Shown in pieces: positions 29,779-35,170 of a stretch of DNA of 35,170 bases. The first letter of the stretch is position 1. Each line of letters begins with the position of its first letter. The position numbers and the translations under genes are program-made. Source of the DNA: Methanothermococcus sp. SCGC AD-155-E23. GTDB taxonomy: Archaea; AGJL01; Methanococci; Methanococcales; Methanococcaceae. The notes below the pieces were generated by a model, which saw only the letters and a program-made list of their open reading frames with translations, had not been told where the DNA came from and made no database searches. The stretch lies in the NCBI GenBank assembly GCA_019561615.1, contig JAHEQA010000008.1:1-35170 (forward strand), read 5' to 3'.

Positions 29779-30431
29779 CTATTTTTCATGTATTTTTTAT
29801 ACCTTTTTGCAAACCTTATTATATAGTCTCTCTCAGTCTCCGATATATTTAATATCTCGCAGGTTTTCCTTGCAATAAAGGACTTGCCAAAGAAGAGGGA
29901 TAGTGCACTGGTGAAGTTACGAGGGGTCCTTCCAATTTTTGCACTACCAAAATCTATTATATATACCTTGGGAGGTTTTAACACTATATGCTTTCCCCCC
30001 TGTATCTCACCGTGGTCTATTCCATGGATGTCTAGACGAAGGCACTGTTTCAAAACCTCCTTTACAATATTTAAATACTCCTCTCTATCTATATCCCCAC
30101 TGTTAATATAGTCTTTCAAGGTAATTCCATCTATGTACTCCATTACAAGGTAGTCCCTGGAGAAGGTATACAACTTGGGACCTATACCTAGGGCATTTAC
30201 CTCTTTTAGGATACAACCCTCCTGGTAGATGGTATTCTTGGCATCTAACCTAGGTACCTTTATGGCAACTTCCCTACCCCTGTATATACCTTTAAATACC
30301 ACTCCCCTATGTCCCTTCCCCAGTATATCTAGGAGCCTTATCCCCTGACTCTTCAATATTTCCTCCAGTCTCCTCCAATCTATCAGTCCACCTATAACAC
30401 TATGCTCCCTGAATCTATCTAGGTTGTTCAT
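29739..30431 (-). CDS. Archaeal atypical Ser/Thr protein kinase (COG2112/RIO-Bud32-like)
   Basis: Gly loop LGKGHRGVV, VAIK, LVMEYIDG, IDHGEI, IIDFG. Start trimmed to ATG 30431 to avoid overlapping the divergent gene. Confidence 0.82.
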   Translation of the reverse strand: MNNLDRFREHSVIGGLIDWRRLEEILKSQGIRLLDILGKGHRGVVFKGIYRGREVAIKVPRLDAKNTIYQEGCILKEVNALGIGPKLYTFSRDYLVMEYIDGITLKDYINSGDIDREEYLNIVKEVLKQCLRLDIHGIDHGEIQGGKHIVLKPPKVYIIDFGSAKIGRTPRNFTSALSLFFGKSFIARKTCEILNISETERDYIIRFAKRYKKYMKNSYLSPGIRTSNSQ

Positions 30432-30468
30432 AACCTTTCCCTGAGAGTAACTATAAGGAGGGGTATTT

Positions 30469-31812
30469 ATGTTAAGTGATGTATTCAAAGATAGGAAGGT
30501 ATACGAGAAGTACAGGAAGACTGTAGAGGAGATTAAGGAGAAGATAAAAGATCACGATGGATTGGTAAGGGTAATTACCCACTACGATGCAGATGGACTG
30601 TCTGCAGGTGCCATAATTATAAAGATGCTCTATAGACTGAACAAGAACTTCCACCTCTCCATAGTGGAGCATCTAAATGAGAAAGTTATCAACAGGATAT
30701 ATAGGGAGTACAACAACCCCCTCTATATCTTCTGTGATATGGGTAGTGCCTACATCGATGTAATTGCAGAGAGGGACATGAATGCTATTATCCTAGATCA
30801 CCACCCTCCCAAGTTAAGGTATACCAAGGTGGAGGAGGTGCATCAACTTAACCCCCATATATTCAACCTTAACGGGGCAAGGGAGATTTCAGCAAGTGGT
30901 GTCTGTTATCTTGTAGCCAGGGAGTATGGATTTTACGACCTAAGTATATTTGCCATTGTAGGGGCTATTGGAGATGTGCAACATGAGCCCTTCCTAGGTA
31001 TGAACAAGTTCATTGTAAAGGAGGCCAGGGAGCATGGTTATCTAAGGGAGATAGTAAAGGACATTATCTATAACGCCTACGACCTACCTATCTGGCAGTC
31101 TATAATGTACTCTACAAGACCTTATATCAAGGAGTTAAGTGACGAGGAGAGTGTAATAAACTTCTTGAAGGAGTTGGGGATAGATCCCAACAAAACCTAC
31201 TTGGAGGGAGAGGAGAGGGATAAGTTAGTCTCAGCACTTAAGAAGTATGTAGATGAATCCCAGATCCTTGTGGATAGATATATTATAAAACATAAGATAG
31301 AGGATGCCTTCTATCTCTCAGAGATCCTTAACGCCTGTGGTAAGAGGGGTATGGGTTCTGTAGGTATAGGTGTTGCCCTAGAGGACGAGGAGTGTATCAA
31401 GATAGGAAGGGAGATGTACATCAAGTACAAGAGGGATATAATAGAACAACTGAAGAGTATAGAACTCCATAGGTTGAACAACATAGAGTACTTCTTTGGA
31501 AAGAAGGGTACCATTGGACATATGGCCTCTCTACTTGTAAGGGATAAACCAGTTATTGGTATCTACGAGGAGGAGGGTTACTACAAGATCTCCTCCAGGG
31601 GTAACAGGTTGTTGGTGGAGAGGGGGTTGGACCTCTCAAAGGCTATGGGTGTTGCCTCCCAGTTTGGAGGTAGTGGTGGAGGTCACAACATAGCCGCCGG
31701 TGCAAGGATACCTAAGGTATACCTCAGTGCCTTTCTACAGAAGGTGGATGAGATTGTAGGAGAACAGTTGAAGGGGGAGAAGAAAGAGGTTGAGGAGAAT
31801 CAGGTGGTTTAA
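30469..31812 (+). CDS. recJ: DHH/DHHA1 phosphoesterase, RecJ/Cdc45-like single-stranded nuclease
   Basis: HYDADG, CDMG, LDHH, SASG, GAIGD, SSR, GGGHNIAAG. Confidence 0.85.
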   Translation: MLSDVFKDRKVYEKYRKTVEEIKEKIKDHDGLVRVITHYDADGLSAGAIIIKMLYRLNKNFHLSIVEHLNEKVINRIYREYNNPLYIFCDMGSAYIDVIAERDMNAIILDHHPPKLRYTKVEEVHQLNPHIFNLNGAREISASGVCYLVAREYGFYDLSIFAIVGAIGDVQHEPFLGMNKFIVKEAREHGYLREIVKDIIYNAYDLPIWQSIMYSTRPYIKELSDEESVINFLKELGIDPNKTYLEGEERDKLVSALKKYVDESQILVDRYIIKHKIEDAFYLSEILNACGKRGMGSVGIGVALEDEECIKIGREMYIKYKRDIIEQLKSIELHRLNNIEYFFGKKGTIGHMASLLVRDKPVIGIYEEEGYYKISSRGNRLLVERGLDLSKAMGVASQFGGSGGGHNIAAGARIPKVYLSAFLQKVDEIVGEQLKGEKKEVEENQVV

Positions 31813-32330
31813 AAATCCCATCTCTTAAGTACCTCGTAGATCGGCCCACTCCTTGTTAAGGTACTTTTCATCAGTACTATACTCTCCACATAGAGGGTTC
31901 CAATATCCACATCCCTGTATTTCCTTATCCTCTCCTTAAGAAGTCTCTTATTTTTAAGGAACTTTACCCTCCCAATGGTAATATGGGGTATGTACTCCCT
32001 CTCCCTTTTAAAGTTCAGATCTTCCAGTCTCCTATCTACCTCCTCAAAGAGAGGTTCAAGATTGGAGGCTCCTACCCAGATAACCCTTATATAGTTCTCG
32101 TTGGGGAATGTTCCTAAACCCCCTATACGACTTTCCACAGGTTCCAGGGATAGATCCATACCCTTAATATCCTCTACAGTTTCCTCCCCAATCTCACCGA
32201 GAAATTTAACTGTTATATGAAGGTTTTCCCTCTCAACTAGTTTAATACCCTCTATCCTAAAGTTTCTCTTTAGATCCTCCAATCCCTCAACTATCTCCTC
32301 ACTTAATTCAATAGCCAGGAAACACCTCAT
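31809..32330 (-). CDS. thpR: RNA 2',3'-cyclic phosphodiesterase (2H family, 2'-5' RNA ligase)
   Basis: MRCFLAI, two HxT motifs (LHITVKFLG, PHITIGR), SIVLMKSTL...GPIY. Confidence 0.93.
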   Translation of the reverse strand: MRCFLAIELSEEIVEGLEDLKRNFRIEGIKLVERENLHITVKFLGEIGEETVEDIKGMDLSLEPVESRIGGLGTFPNENYIRVIWVGASNLEPLFEEVDRRLEDLNFKREREYIPHITIGRVKFLKNKRLLKERIRKYRDVDIGTLYVESIVLMKSTLTRSGPIYEVLKRWDF

Positions 32331-32334
32331 ACTT

Positions 32335-32493
32335 TCACTTTCTCAGTAGTATGGGTATGTCATCTACTATGGGATAGCTCTCTCCACATCTCTTACATTG
32401 AAGTTTGTACTCCATCTTTTCCTCTAGAAGTTCTAGATCCCCTCCACAGGCTGGACACTGGAGTATATCTAGATATTCCCTTACCCAGGTCAT
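32335..32493 (-). CDS. Trm112-family zinc-ribbon protein (52 aa; absent from the ORF track)
   Basis: Hand translation MTWVREYLDILQCPACGGDLELLEEKMEYKLQCKRCGESYPIVDDIPILLRK; ATGA overlap with the purB stop; ends 4 nt before thpR. Confidence 0.88.
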   Translation of the reverse strand: MTWVREYLDILQCPACGGDLELLEEKMEYKLQCKRCGESYPIVDDIPILLRK

Positions 32494-33833
32494 TTTCTCA
32501 ACTCCCTTATAACGTTATCCACTATCTCTGGGGCAAGTCCTATATAGGTGGAGTAATTGAACAACTCCTCTAACTCCTCCTCACTGAGGTACTTCATAAC
32601 CTCTTCCTCCTCTCTCAGTACATCCTTTAGATGTCTACCCTCCTGATAGGCCTTCATGGCACATCTCCTTACTATTTCATGGGCTCTCTGTCTCCCCATA
32701 CCCTTCCTGGCTAGTGCCATCATTACCCTCTCAGCCATTATGAGCCCCTTTGTCAATTCCAGATTTTTCTTTACATTCTCCTTATTCACCTTCAAATTCC
32801 TAATACCCTTTATACTCAGGTTTAATATGTGATCTAGGAGTACACAGGATTCAGGGAGGATACACCTCTCTGCAGAGGAGTTTGTTAAGTCCCTCTCCTC
32901 CCATAGGGGTATGTTGTCAAAGCCTGCAAGGGCATTTGCCTTGATAACCCTTGAGAGACCACAGATCTGCTCAAAGGTTATTGGATTTCTCTTATGGGGC
33001 ATGGTAGAACTTCCAACCTGTTTCTCAGGGTCGAACTCCTCCTCCAACTCCCCAATCTCCGTCCTCTGCATATTTCTAACGGTCACCCCTATCTTGTTCA
33101 GGGTCTGAGCTATAAGGGCCAGTAGGGCCAGGAACTCCCCATGTCTATCCCTCTGGACAACCTGGTTGGAGATGAGAACTGGAGTTAACCCCAGGATCTC
33201 ACCTACCCTCCTATGAACCTCCATACCCTTCTCCCCAAGTGCCGCCATGGTACCTACAGCTCCAGTCACCTTGGAGACGCAAAGTCTCTCCCTACACTCC
33301 TTAAGTCTATCGATATGTCTCTGGATCTCAGAGGCCCAGAGGGCAAACCTCATACCGTAGGTTGTGGGGATGGCATGCTGACCATGGGTCCTTCCAACAC
33401 ATACGGTATACTTATGCTCCTCTGCTTTCTTAAGCAATTCCTCCTTTAACTCCTCCAACTTCTTAAGGAGTATATCTATTGTCTCCTTAAATTGCAGTGA
33501 CTGGGCAGTATCCACTATGTCGTTGGAGGTTACACCAAAGTGAACGTATTCCCCAGCATCCCCCTCACATACCTCTGCAAGGGCCTTAACCATGGCCATA
33601 ACGTCATGTTTTATCTCCCTCTCGATCTCCTTAACCCTCTCCAACTTCACGTACTTGGTAGAGGCCTTTCTACAGATCTCCTCTGCAGCCTCCTTAGGTA
33701 TGATACCAAGTTCTCCCTGGGCCTTTGCAATGGCTCCTTCTACCTTCAACATCTTCTCCAATCTACTCTCCTCATCCCAGATCCTCTTCATCTCCTCTGA
33801 ACCGTATCTGTAGTCTATGGGATGTACTGCCAT
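32490..33833 (-). CDS. purB: Adenylosuccinate lyase
   Basis: HPIDYRY, KHDV, HFGVTSND, GRTHGQHA, GSSTMPHKRNP, ERDLTNS. Confidence 0.97.
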   Translation of the reverse strand: MAVHPIDYRYGSEEMKRIWDEESRLEKMLKVEGAIAKAQGELGIIPKEAAEEICRKASTKYVKLERVKEIEREIKHDVMAMVKALAEVCEGDAGEYVHFGVTSNDIVDTAQSLQFKETIDILLKKLEELKEELLKKAEEHKYTVCVGRTHGQHAIPTTYGMRFALWASEIQRHIDRLKECRERLCVSKVTGAVGTMAALGEKGMEVHRRVGEILGLTPVLISNQVVQRDRHGEFLALLALIAQTLNKIGVTVRNMQRTEIGELEEEFDPEKQVGSSTMPHKRNPITFEQICGLSRVIKANALAGFDNIPLWEERDLTNSSAERCILPESCVLLDHILNLSIKGIRNLKVNKENVKKNLELTKGLIMAERVMMALARKGMGRQRAHEIVRRCAMKAYQEGRHLKDVLREEEEVMKYLSEEELEELFNYSTYIGLAPEIVDNVIRELRK

Positions 33834-33847
33834 AGTATTACCACCTT

Positions 33848-35068
33848 TTAAGCACCGTACTTCTCAGCCCTATTAATAAGATCTAGAAGTATGGGCATGA
33901 GATACTTACCCTTTATCCAGCAGAGACCCCCTTTATAGGTGGAAAACTCGTCAAATCTATCTACATCGTCTGTTCTAACCCCTTTACCCCATATCACTAT
34001 AGGAACAGGATCTGCAGAGTGATCCCTTATCTCTACCGGCGAACTGTGATCCCCAGTTACCACTATGTAAACTTCTTCCCTGTCCACCCTATCTAGTATA
34101 TACTCCATCATCCTGTCAATGTTCTCAAGTACCTTTACCTTTGTCTCGTAGTCACCGTCATGGGAGGCCTCGTCAGCACCCTTTACATTGACCATTACAA
34201 AGTCGTAGTTTTTAATACTCTCTACAACAGCCCTGGCCTTACCCATGTAATTGGTAGAGGGGGTACCTGTAGCACCTTCCACAGGTATAAAGTCCAACCC
34301 CACCATCTTCGCTATACCCTTTATCAATCCAGTACCTGCAATACAGGCTCCCCTTAATCCATACCTCTCGTAGAAAGGTTCTATATGGGGGACAACCCCT
34401 CCACCTCTAGGTAGGATGATGTTTCCTGGAGGTAGTCCTTTCCTCCTTCTCTCCTGGTTTACAGGGTGGTTGTTTAACCTCTCGTAGGAGATCCTTATAA
34501 TCTTGTTTAGAATATCCGCGGTTCTCTTCGCCTCCTGAGAATCCTCCAGGGGTTTAACCTCAGGTACCTTAACACCTACCTTATGGGGATCTCCATCTGA
34601 GACCTTATCACTTAGTCCCTCCCCCCTTAGAACAAGGGCAGCCCTGTAACCTCCCGACTCTTTAAATATCACCTTAACCCCCTCTATCTCCAATCCATCT
34701 ATAACCTTCTCAAGTTCTTTAGTCTCCCTTATTCTCCCTGCCCTTCTATCTATCACTTTAAAATTCTCATCTACAGTGGCGAAGTTACATCTAAATGCAA
34801 CATCTCCAGGTTTCACATCTATACCTACACCTGCAGCCTCAAAGGGACCTCTCCCAGTGTAGTACTTGTAGGGATCGTATCCAAGGAGGGCTAAGTGGGC
34901 AGTGTCACTTCCAGGTCTCACCCCTATATCTATGGCACTCATTATTCCACAGATACCCTCCCTGGCTATTCTATCCAAGTTTGGGGTGTTAGCCTCCTTT
35001 AAAGGTGTATTCCCCTTAGAATTAGGTCTATCCCCCAATCCATCAATAATAAAGAGTATTATTTTCAT
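33848..35068 (-). CDS. apgM: 2,3-bisphosphoglycerate-independent phosphoglycerate mutase (archaeal)
   Basis: [55 protein letters not shown] 35068 follows GGTGA; 35080 is an alternative start. Confidence 0.94.
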   Translation of the reverse strand: MKIILFIIDGLGDRPNSKGNTPLKEANTPNLDRIAREGICGIMSAIDIGVRPGSDTAHLALLGYDPYKYYTGRGPFEAAGVGIDVKPGDVAFRCNFATVDENFKVIDRRAGRIRETKELEKVIDGLEIEGVKVIFKESGGYRAALVLRGEGLSDKVSDGDPHKVGVKVPEVKPLEDSQEAKRTADILNKIIRISYERLNNHPVNQERRRKGLPPGNIILPRGGGVVPHIEPFYERYGLRGACIAGTGLIKGIAKMVGLDFIPVEGATGTPSTNYMGKARAVVESIKNYDFVMVNVKGADEASHDGDYETKVKVLENIDRMMEYILDRVDREEVYIVVTGDHSSPVEIRDHSADPVPIVIWGKGVRTDDVDRFDEFSTYKGGLCWIKGKYLMPILLDLINRAEKYGA

Positions 35069-35085
35069 GGTAATCACCATCTTTA

Positions 35086-35169
35086 CTATGAACTTCCAGC
35101 TCTTTCACTGAGGATCTCCCATACCTTATCGAAACATTTTGCCTTGTTGTACCAGGGGTCTACATACGC
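35086..35169 (-). CDS. Probable 3' end of an upstream gene truncated by the window (possibly TPR-like)
   Basis: Open minus frame ...AYVDPWYNKAKCFDKVWEILSERAGSS*, stopping 17 nt before apgM; WYNK is weakly TPR-like. Confidence 0.4.
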   Translation of the reverse strand, partial: AYVDPWYNKAKCFDKVWEILSERAGSS

Positions 35170-35170
35170 T

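Noticed and set aside
1-35170. Selenocysteine read-through, inteins, programmed frameshifts
   Set aside because: Proteins ending in TGA look complete and are followed closely by the next gene; lengths fit their families; I saw no SECIS-like hairpin or split gene. Manual inspection only.
1-35170. CRISPR arrays, tRNA/rRNA, structured ncRNA, IS elements, defence systems
   Set aside because: All intergenic gaps are 125 nt or shorter and AT-rich, with no GC-rich structured island, spaced repeats, transposase, integrase or cas genes. Small C/D guide RNAs cannot be excluded without a covariance search.

Overview
Gene-dense archaeal chromosome segment, almost certainly from a thermophilic methanogen of the order Methanococcales. 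The evidence is a methanogen-type SerRS, MfnD, MtxX, Ehb-like membrane subunits, aCPSF1 next to proteasome beta, RpoL, L40e, and GGTGA/GGAGG ribosome-binding sites. It holds about 43 CDS (two cut by the window edges), mostly housekeeping: cofactor, amino-acid and purine biosynthesis, translation, RNA processing and DNA repair. Two real small genes missing from the ORF track were found by hand: rpl40e (9742-9885, +) and a Trm112-family protein (32335-32493, -). I saw no rRNA, tRNA, CRISPR array, transposase, integrase or defence island, and no convincing new multi-gene system. The best leads are all hypotheses: a U-tract-packed spacer directly upstream of the terminator factor gene aCPSF1/FttA, a V4R gene overlapping an atypical kinase whose Lys codons form phased T-tracts, an EndoIII-GIY-YIG(DUF123) fusion, a DUF362-ferredoxin gene linked to ehbC/D-mtxX, and a possibly internally deleted PrcB-like lipoprotein. 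All family assignments come from motif recognition, not database searches.
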